In this document: piece after piece, positions 48,025-58,798 of the stretch
How the letters are laid out: each line of letters begins with the position of its first letter
How positions within the stretch are numbered: the stretch's first letter is position 1
IMG/VR virus record: IMGVR_UViG_3300020201_000009
Span: 81,871-145,870 of that record
Direction: 5' to 3' (one strand)
DNA from: a virus
DNA: 64,000 bases
The notes under the pieces: generated by a model
What the model saw: only the letters and a program-made list of their open reading frames with translations
Told to the model about the DNA's origin: nothing
Database searches by the model: none
Translations under genes and position numbers: made by a program

Positions 48025-48456
48025 ATGAGTTGCTATTTTAACCTCACGGAAGAACAAAAGACCATTGCTAGATCATTTCTCAATTCTTTTGAAGACAGGC
48101 CGGATAGTAAAGACCATCAGAGGTATCTAAAAGTGATGCCTAAGATTAAAATTAAAAAAATAGAAATCTCTGGCTTAAATAGAGTCTATATAAATGATGC
48201 TGGTTTTGAATATACGGTTACCAATAAATTTAATAATCAAAATTTGCCCTTGGGAACGGCATTAGTGCCAACGTATGATTCTGGTGATAATTACCGTTTG
48301 GTCAATGGCGGTATGGTAATAATAGCAGAAATTTGGAACCGCTGGGAATTGATCCATTCAGATAGAAAGACTTTGCATGACTTCCAAAAAGAAAGGATGG
48401 ATGAATTCTTAAAATCTATTGACTATACTGGAGACTTGTTAAATAAACCAGTTTGA
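48025..48456 (+). CDS. hypothetical protein
   Basis: ORF. Confidence 0.6.
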   Translation: MSCYFNLTEEQKTIARSFLNSFEDRPDSKDHQRYLKVMPKIKIKKIEISGLNRVYINDAGFEYTVTNKFNNQNLPLGTALVPTYDSGDNYRLVNGGMVIIAEIWNRWELIHSDRKTLHDFQKERMDEFLKSIDYTGDLLNKPV

Positions 48457-48497
48457 AATTAGAATACAAAGATCAAAAATAATAAACTAATACTAGA

Positions 48498-49118
48498 ATG
48501 CCAACGAAAAATAAAAATTCTCTTATTAACGATACGCAACGTTTTATCTCCGCTCAAAGTCGGTTCGGACATAGTATTCCTATTTATGATGATGGTTTCG
48601 GTCTACTTTATATCTTTCGCAATTCTATGGGCGTTGTGGGAATTGTCAGGGCAATGTCTTGGGAAGACGCTTATGCCATTTGTGAAGATGAATTTCAAAG
48701 TGAAGCTGATATGACAATTGAAGAAATTCGTAAAGAATACAACTTCAAAATCAAACACATTAAGATTATTAAAACGATTGATGGTGTAGTACGTCCCGCT
48801 GTAAACTCTGACTATCCACTGACATATAAACTCTCTCCCGATTGTCGCCCACTATGGAAATTTGTTAAATGGGAGACCGTACAGACCCCATGTGAAGATG
48901 AAAATGGCTGGGTTGATAATGAATTGTTTCAAGAGGGATATGGAATCCGGCCTAACGGACCGAATAAGAATGATAGGCATAAACATGGTATCTATGATAA
49001 AGATTTAAATGGGGAATGCTTAGATGTTTTTACCGAAGAAATGGCAAAGGAATTGGAAATTATATTGGTAATTAAGAATGAAGACGAAGAAGATACAGGG
49101 GTCGAATCGAAGAAATAA
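48498..49118 (+). CDS. hypothetical protein
   Basis: ORF. Confidence 0.7.
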   Translation: MPTKNKNSLINDTQRFISAQSRFGHSIPIYDDGFGLLYIFRNSMGVVGIVRAMSWEDAYAICEDEFQSEADMTIEEIRKEYNFKIKHIKIIKTIDGVVRPAVNSDYPLTYKLSPDCRPLWKFVKWETVQTPCEDENGWVDNELFQEGYGIRPNGPNKNDRHKHGIYDKDLNGECLDVFTEEMAKELEIILVIKNEDEEDTGVESKK

Positions 49119-49144
49119 TACTAAAAACCTTAACAAATAATCCT

Positions 49145-49729
49145 ATGAAAATTATTGAAACAAAAGTTTATAACTACGATGAGCTTTCTGAAAAAGCTAA
49201 ACAAAAAGCCAGAGATTGGTTTACTACAAATTTGGAGTTTAGCCCAAAATATATAATTGACATATATACCAAAAAATTGGAGGCTCTCGGTTTCTACGAT
49301 ATTACTATTCATTATTCGGGCTTTTATAGTCAAGGTGACGGAGCTATGTTCCAAGGTAATTGGAATAAAGAGCTTTTTAACCTAAAAGAATCCACGGAGC
49401 TTTTCCTTGGTGAAGAGGTTTGTTATATAAAACTGTTTGCTGATTTAGTAAAAATCGAAACCGTGGAGAATGTTGAAATTCACCACTTTGGGCATTATTA
49501 CCATTATAACAGTAAAAGCATTCAATACAATTTTAGTGAAAAATCATCGGATTCCTCTATCGAAGATGCTTTCGAGAAAGACTTTAACGAAGTCTATGTA
49601 GATCTCTGCAAAGATCTCTATCAAGCTTTAGAAAAACATTACGAAGACGAAACAAGCGAATGCTCTGTTGAAGCAAATACTAGGGAGAGCGAATACACAT
49701 TTACTGAAAATGGTACGCGTTTTGGTTAA
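49145..49729 (+). CDS. conserved phage early protein (DELS..AK..AR / SGF.SQGDGA family)
   Basis: Recognisable motifs; function unknown. Confidence 0.7.
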   Translation: MKIIETKVYNYDELSEKAKQKARDWFTTNLEFSPKYIIDIYTKKLEALGFYDITIHYSGFYSQGDGAMFQGNWNKELFNLKESTELFLGEEVCYIKLFADLVKIETVENVEIHHFGHYYHYNSKSIQYNFSEKSSDSSIEDAFEKDFNEVYVDLCKDLYQALEKHYEDETSECSVEANTRESEYTFTENGTRFG

Positions 49730-49844
49730 TATTATCCCCTCGTATATCTCGGTAAATCTTGAAAATATATCAAATGCGTCGGCTCGTAGGGTAGCTCGTT
49801 TGTTAGGATTTAAAATTCAATATTCAAAATAGGAAAATATTAAA

Positions 49845-50183
49845 ATGTCATCAGACCTAGACCTCTATTGTCAGAACCTCCGTATGAATCTAGAACATAA
49901 GATCGAAAGATTGGATTCTATACTCAATCATCGTTGTATCGGTAGCCGATATAAAAATATTAAAAAATATAGAAACGAATTGGTTATTAAACTCTATAAT
50001 ATGGTCAATTCGCATAACCTTTATGATAATAGATTAGGCGAAGCTATGGAAGATCCTACTGGACAAGATGAAGATGCGTTCTATAATCAGCATGGGATAG
50101 AACATTCTGGTGGTTGGCAAAATTGCGGCGGTGGCTATATGAACGACGGTAATGGTGGATACAGAGAGAATTTTGGGTATTAA
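49845..50183 (+). CDS. hypothetical protein
   Basis: ORF. Confidence 0.55.
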   Translation: MSSDLDLYCQNLRMNLEHKIERLDSILNHRCIGSRYKNIKKYRNELVIKLYNMVNSHNLYDNRLGEAMEDPTGQDEDAFYNQHGIEHSGGWQNCGGGYMNDGNGGYRENFGY

Positions 50184-50226
50184 ATAAAATATAGATTACA
50201 AAATAAAATTAAACAAGTATTAAATC

Positions 50227-51339
50227 ATGAATAAGAAATACATGTCACACCCTAGCGTTGTAAGACTTATGTCTTTTATGGGATATAGTTTGGTTGCATC
50301 GAATTTTTTAAGGGCGTTAAAGAAAAAGAGGGAAAGCAAACCTCCCTACTCTCTTACTAAAATGTCCCCCCCATACGAAAATAGGGTAAACCCTTTGAGG
50401 GATAGGCTTGTAAACGAGTATAATAATAAGGGCTCTTTGACAGAGGCAGATAGAAATATGCGTAGGGTAAAGAAAGATAAAGCCTACGCTAGAATGCTCA
50501 ATAAAAAATTAAAACCTGTAGTATCAAAATCTTTTAAGACTGCTTTTAAATATATTAATAATTATAATCATCGTAAATATATTCATAAAGTATTATTCTT
50601 GGCCAAGTATAAAAAAACACTACCATCTTGTCTATATCCATCAAATGTACATACAATTCCAATTAGTAGGGGCACTGCGGAAGCATTAAATATAAAATTA
50701 GTAAAGCGTGGATCGGATTGGTGTGCAAAGCCTAGCTTTGAAACTATGCATTTGCATGAACCCGGATTCACCACATGGAAAAATTATAAAGCTGTATCAT
50801 ATACGAGGGCTAAGAATATTAACTATGTCAAATCTCTCGGTCTGATCGTCGATGATAAAACTCTCATTATCGATATAAACGATAACTTTAAAACCATTGT
50901 CGCGCCCGATGGATATTCATGGGGAATCGACAGTAACGGCATTAAAATTGTAAATGGAAAAGATGATTATCATATTGACGCCTCTGATGTATTACGAAAT
51001 GATGCCTTAGATTTTATCTTAAGCGTATTCAATAGAAATAAGCAAACTAGAATTGAGACTGAAATTGCGGAAAGGGCTCAAGGTCTTATTCGCGATGGTG
51101 TTTACGTATGTTTTAATGATTCCCTACGTGCTGGTAACTGCTTTCGTGGCACTCTGTCTTTTATAGAGAATAACAATTTGGATTCGAGAAAGCATTATAG
51201 TATCCAAGAGCTTATTAATAAGCTCGGCGTGAGAGAACCACGCCTAAAGCTTGCCTTAACAGCATCACAAATCCGGCATAAAAGGGAGATGGAAATAGGT
51301 TATAGTCTTTTAGAAGATCATCGTTTCCAAGAATCCTAA
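50227..51339 (+). CDS. hypothetical protein (DS..AGNC..G motif)
   Basis: 370-aa ORF. Confidence 0.7.
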   Translation: MNKKYMSHPSVVRLMSFMGYSLVASNFLRALKKKRESKPPYSLTKMSPPYENRVNPLRDRLVNEYNNKGSLTEADRNMRRVKKDKAYARMLNKKLKPVVSKSFKTAFKYINNYNHRKYIHKVLFLAKYKKTLPSCLYPSNVHTIPISRGTAEALNIKLVKRGSDWCAKPSFETMHLHEPGFTTWKNYKAVSYTRAKNINYVKSLGLIVDDKTLIIDINDNFKTIVAPDGYSWGIDSNGIKIVNGKDDYHIDASDVLRNDALDFILSVFNRNKQTRIETEIAERAQGLIRDGVYVCFNDSLRAGNCFRGTLSFIENNNLDSRKHYSIQELINKLGVREPRLKLALTASQIRHKREMEIGYSLLEDHRFQES

Positions 51340-51381
51340 TTGAAGATTAGAATTAAAAAAATAAATAAATATCATAAAATT

Positions 51382-51684
51382 ATGAAAAATACAAAATTGG
51401 AAAATATAGATAGGGTTTGGAAGTTAATCGAAAACTCCAGCAGATGGACTCAAGAGGTATTTGCTAAAGATACAAATGGGATTCCGTGTGGAGCACTCCA
51501 TCCATCCGCTGTATGTTTTTGTGCAGTAGGGGCTTTAATGAAAATATATTTTGAACGGCCTAATGACATTTATGGTGAAAAACTAACGATTCTCCAAAAC
51601 TCTGTTGGAAGCTTAGCGTGTATTTGGAATGATAGATCCACACACGCTCAAGTATTAAATAAATTTAGAGAATTAGACATTTAA
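51382..51684 (+). CDS. DUF6197-like paralog
   Basis: WTQ..FA.D..G, CFCAVGAL, WND, LDI*. Confidence 0.7.
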   Translation: MKNTKLENIDRVWKLIENSSRWTQEVFAKDTNGIPCGALHPSAVCFCAVGALMKIYFERPNDIYGEKLTILQNSVGSLACIWNDRSTHAQVLNKFRELDI

Positions 51685-51960
51685 ATAGAAAACAAAAATC
51701 TAAAAATAAAATAATAATACCATAAAAAATTCTACCACATATAAAATAAATTTAAATACTCGTCTATTTCGCCATTATTATTAAATTGGAATCATGAAAA
51801 ACGGCGCTATTATAGTTTTCAATAAAGATGGCCAAAAAATGATTAATTTCCTTCTTGTATAATGTTTGGTGTTATTCTTGGCTCACTATTAAAGATTCAA
51901 AAACAAGCTCCTTAGATTTAAATTGTAAAATTAAAATAGAAAATTAAATAATATAATACT

Positions 51961-52785
51961 ATGAAACTTCATCATCGCGCCAATTTAAAATTCTTTTGTG
52001 ACGATGCTAACGGGGAATACGGTGTCGCACCAAAACGTTCAATTGGTAATGATGTATCTTTTAATGCATTATGGTCTGGCCATATGATTTTTCACGATGT
52101 ATTTGAACACTATTGCGAATTTCAACACCCTTGGTTTATGGGTAATAATGCTATGAATGTTGGTGGTGAAATGTTTGCTATGGGACATTTCCTCTATTAC
52201 TATAATGTAATGGGTGTTAGAAATAGAATTGAAAGTTCTGTATACAGAGGTACCGAAATAACAATTAGAGGCAGTTACGGAGAGGTGCAAGAAGCTATAT
52301 GTAGTGGTCATTATTCTTATGGAGACACTTTAAAGTGTGGAGTCCCTCTACAAAAAAATACGGAGTGTTACGATTTAGAAAGCACTATTAGTGACTATAT
52401 TTATCGAGTTGGAAAAATGGTGGGGTATCCGTCGGATAGTGAAGAGAGAAAATTTGCTATTGCGTACAAAAAAAGTGTAACAGAAAGCAAAATTACCCGA
52501 CTTCATAGGGCTGGCTATTACGCAGCGAGAAAGTTGGTGCCATGGAACGATGAAAATAGTAATACGCTATCTGAATTTATTGAATTTTGGAATCACTTTA
52601 CTAAAAACAATAAAGCCGAAGAGTTATATAATAATGGTATGCTATATTTAGATTTCAATATCTATTTAGACGAAGGCACGGATTTCATATCTTGGAAGTG
52701 TTTCGCTGTTACCTCTGATGGGGATAAAATAAAGGTTACTAAAGACTTATATCTTATTGACGAAATTAATAAAAAAAAATGTTGA
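51961..52785 (+). CDS. hypothetical protein (HD..EH...E..A.G motif)
   Basis: 274-aa ORF. Confidence 0.7.
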   Translation: MKLHHRANLKFFCDDANGEYGVAPKRSIGNDVSFNALWSGHMIFHDVFEHYCEFQHPWFMGNNAMNVGGEMFAMGHFLYYYNVMGVRNRIESSVYRGTEITIRGSYGEVQEAICSGHYSYGDTLKCGVPLQKNTECYDLESTISDYIYRVGKMVGYPSDSEERKFAIAYKKSVTESKITRLHRAGYYAARKLVPWNDENSNTLSEFIEFWNHFTKNNKAEELYNNGMLYLDFNIYLDEGTDFISWKCFAVTSDGDKIKVTKDLYLIDEINKKKC

Positions 52786-53285
52786 ACGAAATAAATAAAC
52801 CACATAAACTAAACTATCAAATTGAGGACGATACAGTTCTCTATTATAGAACAAAGGAATATTCCAAAATTTTCTCTATAACTTGGAAAAAGCTACAGAG
52901 TAAAAATATTGACACTATTCAAAATGAAGAGTTGTTGAAAGAATGCAAATACTTTCTATCAAACCTCGGTTTCTATCATTGGGACAAATATGAATACTAT
53001 ACATATGACAGGCCCGTCTACAATGCTCTAAAATCTATTGGGGCCAAAGTGGAACAGAAAAGTTTTGATAGTAGTGATTTGGTAGTTCCCCACTCTATTG
53101 GGGTTGACCAAATATTAAAACGCTACCCGTTGTCGCGTAAACAATCCCACGTATTTATTGATAATATTGATAAACAAAAATGGATATGTATTCCATTTCA
53201 ATATCAACCCTTCTGGGATATAAAATTAGCAAACTATAACGGTAGAACTTTACCAAATACATCAAATGCCAAAATTAAAAATTGA
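52779..53285 (+). CDS. hypothetical protein
   Basis: ORF. Confidence 0.6.
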   Translation: MLNEINKPHKLNYQIEDDTVLYYRTKEYSKIFSITWKKLQSKNIDTIQNEELLKECKYFLSNLGFYHWDKYEYYTYDRPVYNALKSIGAKVEQKSFDSSDLVVPHSIGVDQILKRYPLSRKQSHVFIDNIDKQKWICIPFQYQPFWDIKLANYNGRTLPNTSNAKIKN

Positions 53286-53631
53286 TTATAAAGCTATCGT
53301 CACTCGTGGTTATTGTTTAGATGAAGAGTATGAAGCACTCGTTGACAATGGACAAGGTAGGCTTATCAAAGTCCTGTTAACGGATAAAAGTGGAAGAACT
53401 GAAAGTATTTGGGGGGTCGAAATATTAAAAGATGATAATCATTTCATCTTAGCAAATGATCCTCTTGCGTTTATAAATGGGCCACGTCCAGCCGCTGCTT
53501 TGATTGGCTATAAAGAAGGATTCAAATGTGATATTGATAAGACATTGGATCTATTTAAGAGATGCGCGAAAGAGTCTATCGAATACTATAAGGCTTCAAT
53601 GGATAAACTCCCGAAATTGGTAAAGAACTAG
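53266..53631 (+). CDS. hypothetical protein
   Basis: E.IW...LANDP motif. Confidence 0.6.
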   Translation: MPKLKIDYKAIVTRGYCLDEEYEALVDNGQGRLIKVLLTDKSGRTESIWGVEILKDDNHFILANDPLAFINGPRPAAALIGYKEGFKCDIDKTLDLFKRCAKESIEYYKASMDKLPKLVKN

Positions 53632-53673
53632 ATAGGCGTAAATATTAACAACAGAAACTAGGATAATTTAAAC

Positions 53674-53967
53674 ATGGAAATTCAATATTTTAAAGACTTC
53701 CCTTCGGTAATGACTTACTATCGCCCCTACCATGATAGAGATAGTTTGGTTGTTGTATCTAAGGAGAAGATTAAACAGGGTTTCGCTGTCATTGGTGAAC
53801 CTCCCAAAGTTAGAAAGTGTGAATGGTTTCTAAATAAAGTCGGTCAATATTATATACAAGAAAAGAAACCAGAGCGGTCTAGGTATAGTAAAAGAGACAC
53901 TAGGCCGGATATTAGATTACGTAAGATTGAAGAAGGTTTGTTACCAATCGGTGTCATACATAGTTAG
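53674..53967 (+). CDS. hypothetical protein
   Basis: ORF. Confidence 0.55.
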   Translation: MEIQYFKDFPSVMTYYRPYHDRDSLVVVSKEKIKQGFAVIGEPPKVRKCEWFLNKVGQYYIQEKKPERSRYSKRDTRPDIRLRKIEEGLLPIGVIHS

Positions 53968-54017
53968 TAATTATTAATTGGTAATTAATTTTTTACTATC
54001 ATTACATTTAGTTTATT

Positions 54018-54070
54018 AAAGGCGGAAAACGTTTTCTCTATAAAAAGAGAGGGTTTTTTCCGCCTTTCTT
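54018..54070 (+). terminator. long hairpin terminator
   Basis: AAAGGCGGAAAA...TTTTCCGCCTTT. Confidence 0.6.
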
Positions 54071-54269
54071 CCGTTCTATCCGCTTGCACGTGGCCCTTGC
54101 TCTCTTAAGATGCTGAGGAATGAAATGCTTTCTCCCACCGCAAAGGTTCCATCGATTCGCCCGATTCCCTTCCGGTTGTTTCGGCAATCCCGGAACCGCT
54201 TGCGCCTTTTCCGTTTTCCGCCGAAATAGTTGAACAATTTGTTAGTAAACAATAAACTAAACAATAGTT

Positions 54270-54692
54270 ATGAGCGATTTCATCTTATCACTAGAAGAGG
54301 CTTCGTATTTAGCAATGGAGACTGGACTTATTCCTTATGGTACTAAATTCTACCTAACACCGCAAGAATTATCAGAATGTTCTAAAGAAGACATTAATAA
54401 CACTCAAACGGAGGTCGCATTGGCGAATGGCCAAACTGCTAGGAGTGTTAGTAGTTACTTTATCATCCCTCTCCCAACCGTCCCGTTGTTGACAAACGCC
54501 TTGGTCAAGAACAAGGCTGTAGTAAATACAAAATTGCTTTGGGAAAGCAAATGTACTTCGAGACATTCCGGTTGCCGTTATAACACATATGGCATCTTTA
54601 CATTTGCGCATTTTGTGCAAACCGATGGTAAAAAAGTTATCATTGGTGAATTTGATTCCAAAAAGAACATTGGTAAAATGTTCAATGCCTAA
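54270..54692 (+). CDS. hypothetical protein
   Basis: ORF with repeated leader. Confidence 0.6.
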   Translation: MSDFILSLEEASYLAMETGLIPYGTKFYLTPQELSECSKEDINNTQTEVALANGQTARSVSSYFIIPLPTVPLLTNALVKNKAVVNTKLLWESKCTSRHSGCRYNTYGIFTFAHFVQTDGKKVIIGEFDSKKNIGKMFNA

Positions 54693-54727
54693 GATTTCGA
54701 TTAGTAAACAATAAACCAAAAATAGTT

Positions 54728-55003
54728 ATGAAAATGTTCACGGCGTTTAATGATAGCAATGTTAGCAAGTCAACCGACTTTCCAAGCATAGATCTTAATG
54801 ATTATGAAAAGGAATTAATAGACAGCCCTCTATGGTGGCATATCCAAGGTTTGTCACAAACGGCGTCTGGATATGGAACAAAGTTAGTAAATCGTTACAA
54901 GATTAATTTCAACAACAAAAACTACAGGCTCTATACTACTGGATTTAGCAACTCGGGAAAAACGTACTTTACTGTACACGGTCGGCAAATTTTCATTAGG
55001 TAA
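54728..55003 (+). CDS. conserved phage protein (T.SGYG.K / SNSG motif)
   Basis: Motifs. Confidence 0.65.
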   Translation: MKMFTAFNDSNVSKSTDFPSIDLNDYEKELIDSPLWWHIQGLSQTASGYGTKLVNRYKINFNNKNYRLYTTGFSNSGKTYFTVHGRQIFIR

Positions 55004-55023
55004 CCAATAAACCAATATATCAT

Positions 55024-55257
55024 ATGAACAATCCAAATTCACTATTCCAAAGAAAAGTAGTTTCTACTTCACGCGCCACTGTAAAGCCCGGAATGATAGG
55101 GACTATTGTATCGGTAGATAGTATTACTGTTTACCTTGGCAAAGAGTGTATTAAAACCGAAATGGCAATTTTCCAAATTGCTTGGGATATTGCTGGTAAG
55201 CGGCCTTATATCACTGATAACAATCAGGTTGGGCGTGACTTTGTTATCAGTAAGTAA
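55024..55257 (+). CDS. hypothetical protein
   Basis: ORF. Confidence 0.55.
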   Translation: MNNPNSLFQRKVVSTSRATVKPGMIGTIVSVDSITVYLGKECIKTEMAIFQIAWDIAGKRPYITDNNQVGRDFVISK

Positions 55258-55296
55258 TTCAGACACTTAGTCTAAAACAATAAAACAATCATTAAC

Positions 55297-55734
55297 ATGA
55301 TCGAATCGAACATATATTCTGTTATCGCCAGTAAATTCAACGCATACAACAATTGTATTCGTTCTAAAAACGATTCATGGCTTAACCGCCATGAATACTT
55401 TATAGAAGACTTGGTAAAGGCTGTCTTCCCGCATGGCAGTGGGTTTGACAATGGTACAAAATTCAATTGGGAAAAATCGAAAGAGGATAAATTGGTATTC
55501 GACACCGCGTTTCACCATATGGACGAACATGGTAGTTATGACGGATGGACATACCATCAGGTTGTAGTAGAACCTTCTCTTGCATTTGGTTACAAGATCA
55601 GGGTGGATGGTCGTAATAAGAATGATATTAAGGAATATATCACCGAAAACTTTAATGAGTTCTACAACTGGAAGGAAGTAGTTGTTAAACTCTATGATGC
55701 TCAAAAGAAAGAGATTGATGAAGATAAAATCTAA
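55297..55734 (+). CDS. conserved phage protein (PHGSG.D / FHHM...G.YDGWT)
   Basis: Motifs. Confidence 0.7.
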   Translation: MIESNIYSVIASKFNAYNNCIRSKNDSWLNRHEYFIEDLVKAVFPHGSGFDNGTKFNWEKSKEDKLVFDTAFHHMDEHGSYDGWTYHQVVVEPSLAFGYKIRVDGRNKNDIKEYITENFNEFYNWKEVVVKLYDAQKKEIDEDKI

Positions 55735-55855
55735 GGTCGAAGTGGTCTCCAACTAAGATCAAATATGGTAATCCTCTCCTTAAGTGGAGAGGGTTAACTT
55801 ATATCCTTATAAATTCCTTATGAGGATATATTTAACATTGAACCAATATAGTGTC

Positions 55856-56137
55856 ATGAAAATGAAGATCACGTTAGCTCGCGCCGTAGGACTCTTACAA
55901 TCGGCAAGTTTTATTGTCGTGGACAACTCGTCTCTAGTACATCCTACTTTCGCTTGTTTAGAGAGTGCTGTAAAGGAAGGCGAAAGCTTTATGGAGGTGA
56001 TGGTATGCGACACACTCATATCATTCTACGCTCATCTACAATATGATCCAATCGAAGTGGTTGATAGTCAAATCATATTTATGGGTAATGATGGATTACC
56101 ATATGATTTTAAGATCCTGTCCCTCGTAAAGCTCTAA
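55856..56137 (+). CDS. hypothetical protein
   Basis: ORF; internal ATG start chosen. Confidence 0.5.
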   Translation: MKMKITLARAVGLLQSASFIVVDNSSLVHPTFACLESAVKEGESFMEVMVCDTLISFYAHLQYDPIEVVDSQIIFMGNDGLPYDFKILSLVKL

Positions 56138-56203
56138 GTCGTAACCTCATGAAAAATAAATCCACAACTACCACCATCGTTTCAATTTTAGCTAGATATT
56201 AAC

Positions 56204-56416
56204 ATGAACCATATCATTTCACTTACCAAAATCAACTCCAGCATGAAAGATCGCATTTCTGCTACCGATATGGCGATCAGTGCCGCCATTGTATTTATGA
56301 ATAGTCCTAAATTCACGGGAATTGAGACTGTTAGTGGAGAACGTAAGGATTGGATCTCTACTAGCGACACGATTCATATCCTCCAAAGCCTACGGGCATT
56401 GTTACATAACGAATAA
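56204..56416 (+). CDS. hypothetical protein
   Basis: ORF. Confidence 0.55.
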   Translation: MNHIISLTKINSSMKDRISATDMAISAAIVFMNSPKFTGIETVSGERKDWISTSDTIHILQSLRALLHNE

Positions 56417-56485
56417 AATATAACCCGTTGAGAATAAGTCAATAGTAAATTAAATTCAACAATAAACCAAACTGAAAGATTTAAT

Positions 56486-58024
56486 ATGTCACTCGTAAAT
56501 TTCAATAGTAAAAAAGTTATCGTCCCGTCTGAATATCAAATAGCCGTGTATGAACACACGTCCAACGGCAGGGGGTCAGCATATATTGACGCTGTGGCCG
56601 GTAGTGGTAAAACTACAACCATCGAACATTGCGCGACATTGATTTCTCCTAGTGAGGAAACAGTGTTTCTAGCGTTTAATAAGAGAATTGTAGAAGAGCT
56701 ACAAAAGCGTTTACCAAGCCATATACACGCGGCAACGTTTCATAGCGTATGTTTCAAGGCTCTTCGGAAGAAAAGCCATACTATCAATATGAATGCCGAT
56801 AAGGTAAAGATTCTCGCATTGAAGAATCTCAAGGCCACCCATGGTAAATATATTACTACGGCCTGTATGTTGGTGTCCAAAGCAAAGGTAACCGGCCTTG
56901 GTATATTTGAACCAATTAGCAATGACGGGTTCGTTGCTATTGCAGAGCATTTCAATATTGAATTGCCCGATGAAGAGGATAAACTGTCAAAGTGCTTAGA
57001 GGCGGCGACCATGCTGATGAATGATAACATTTCGGCTGGTGAACAGTCTACACCGTTTATTGACTTCGATGATATGTTGTACATGATTTTGTATTATGAT
57101 GTAAGAATGCCGCAATTTGACAACATCGTCATTGACGAATCTCAGGATACAAACAAGATTCAAAGGTTTATATTAAAGAAAATGCTAAAGCCCGGTGGTA
57201 GGTTAATTGCCGTTGGTGATGAAAAGCAAGCCATATATGGTTTTCGTGGATCGGATTCCGAAGCCATTAAGGCTATTAAGGAAGAGTTCGCTTGTAAGGA
57301 GTTTCCTCTTTACTATTGCTATCGTTGCTCCAAGGCAGTGGTGAAATTTGCGCAAAAGATTGTTCCATATATTAAAGCGCCGGACACCGCAATCGAAGGG
57401 CAAGTTATCGAGGCAGGAATTATTGATAAACAACAATTTCTCTCTACAGACGTCATACTTTGCCGTAATACAAAACCTTTGATTGATTTCGCATTCTACC
57501 TTATTGGTAAGGGTATTGGCTGTAAGGTTTTGGGTAAGGATATCGGTGATGATTTGATTCACTTGGTAGAGAAAATGAATTGTTATAATTGCGTCACTCT
57601 CCAAGAGAAATTGGAAAATTATGGACAAAGAGAGATGAAGAAATTCCTTACGAAATATAAGGAAGAAAAGGCCGAGGCTATTAAAGATAAGATTGATTGT
57701 ATCTTTGCCATTATAAAGTCTCTACCGCTAGATCAGCAGTCAATTTCATTATTGAAAATGAAGATTGCTAGTATGTTTTCCAATGATACATCTGGATTAC
57801 TAACGCTAGCAACGTCACATCGCTCCAAGGGTCTGGAGTGGCAACGTGTATTCGTATATCGTCCCGAGCTTATGCCGTCTAAATACGCCAAGCGCGAATG
57901 GCAATTACAACAGGAAGCGAATCTTCAATATGTAACCTATACGCGGGCCAAAGAGATATTGGTAATTCTAGATGGTGAAGTACCGGAGCGCGCAGATGGT
58001 TTCCAATATAACCCACATGCTTAA
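56486..58024 (+). CDS. UvrD/Rep-like SF1 helicase
   Basis: AVAGSGKTT, DESQD, VGD..QAIYGFRG, YRCS, CRN, H.SKGLE, YV..TRAK. Confidence 0.95.
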   Translation: MSLVNFNSKKVIVPSEYQIAVYEHTSNGRGSAYIDAVAGSGKTTTIEHCATLISPSEETVFLAFNKRIVEELQKRLPSHIHAATFHSVCFKALRKKSHTINMNADKVKILALKNLKATHGKYITTACMLVSKAKVTGLGIFEPISNDGFVAIAEHFNIELPDEEDKLSKCLEAATMLMNDNISAGEQSTPFIDFDDMLYMILYYDVRMPQFDNIVIDESQDTNKIQRFILKKMLKPGGRLIAVGDEKQAIYGFRGSDSEAIKAIKEEFACKEFPLYYCYRCSKAVVKFAQKIVPYIKAPDTAIEGQVIEAGIIDKQQFLSTDVILCRNTKPLIDFAFYLIGKGIGCKVLGKDIGDDLIHLVEKMNCYNCVTLQEKLENYGQREMKKFLTKYKEEKAEAIKDKIDCIFAIIKSLPLDQQSISLLKMKIASMFSNDTSGLLTLATSHRSKGLEWQRVFVYRPELMPSKYAKREWQLQQEANLQYVTYTRAKEILVILDGEVPERADGFQYNPHA

Positions 58025-58086
58025 TTGTAGTAAGATTTACAAATCAAACTAATAAACAAAAAAATCATTTTAATAATTATAAAATT

Positions 58087-58554
58087 ATGAATACCAACTA
58101 TATTGCAGACACCGCATCTTTAATGGATGGCCAAAGTAAACATCGTAAACGCATGTTGGCTTTAGATGTATGTGTGAAAATTCGCCACGTATTGAATAAT
58201 AAAGAGGAGCATCCTTCCAAAATTAAAGAGATCCTTAGAAATCTATTCACTACACCGGAGACAGTTGTGATCGGTCCTCGCGATCTTTTAGAACTGGACG
58301 ACTTAATAGACAATGAATTAGAAAAAGTTATTAGAAAAGTTACGGATTCTTTTAAGTTTCACCATGAAATTGGAGATGTATATAATGCCGTTGAACAATA
58401 TATAGATGACCGTATTAGTAAACACATGTCTCTCAAAATTATTAGTAGTTCAATTGAAAATATGTCGAAGATCATTATAGACGAAGAATTTCGCATTAAT
58501 GATCATTTGCGTCAAATGATTCTTGCTCGCATTACCAGCAAAGCTTCACACTGA
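58087..58554 (+). CDS. hypothetical protein
   Basis: ORF. Confidence 0.6.
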   Translation: MNTNYIADTASLMDGQSKHRKRMLALDVCVKIRHVLNNKEEHPSKIKEILRNLFTTPETVVIGPRDLLELDDLIDNELEKVIRKVTDSFKFHHEIGDVYNAVEQYIDDRISKHMSLKIISSSIENMSKIIIDEEFRINDHLRQMILARITSKASH

Positions 58555-58798
58555 TCAAAAAAAACAGTAAAATTATAACATGATTTCAGAAGCCGATTCC
58601 GTGAGAAACGACGAAGCATACCGACTATATAAAAATATTGGTGAAATGTCTATTGAAGAGGTTCAAGCAATGTATATTAAAGAAGGGAAAACTTTTATAT
58701 CGTTTATTTGTTTAAAGGTATTACATCGAGAGATGGGTTCTACTTCATTTAATAAGTTTGTCTACGAAAACGAAAAAAATATTTAATTAAATATTCTA

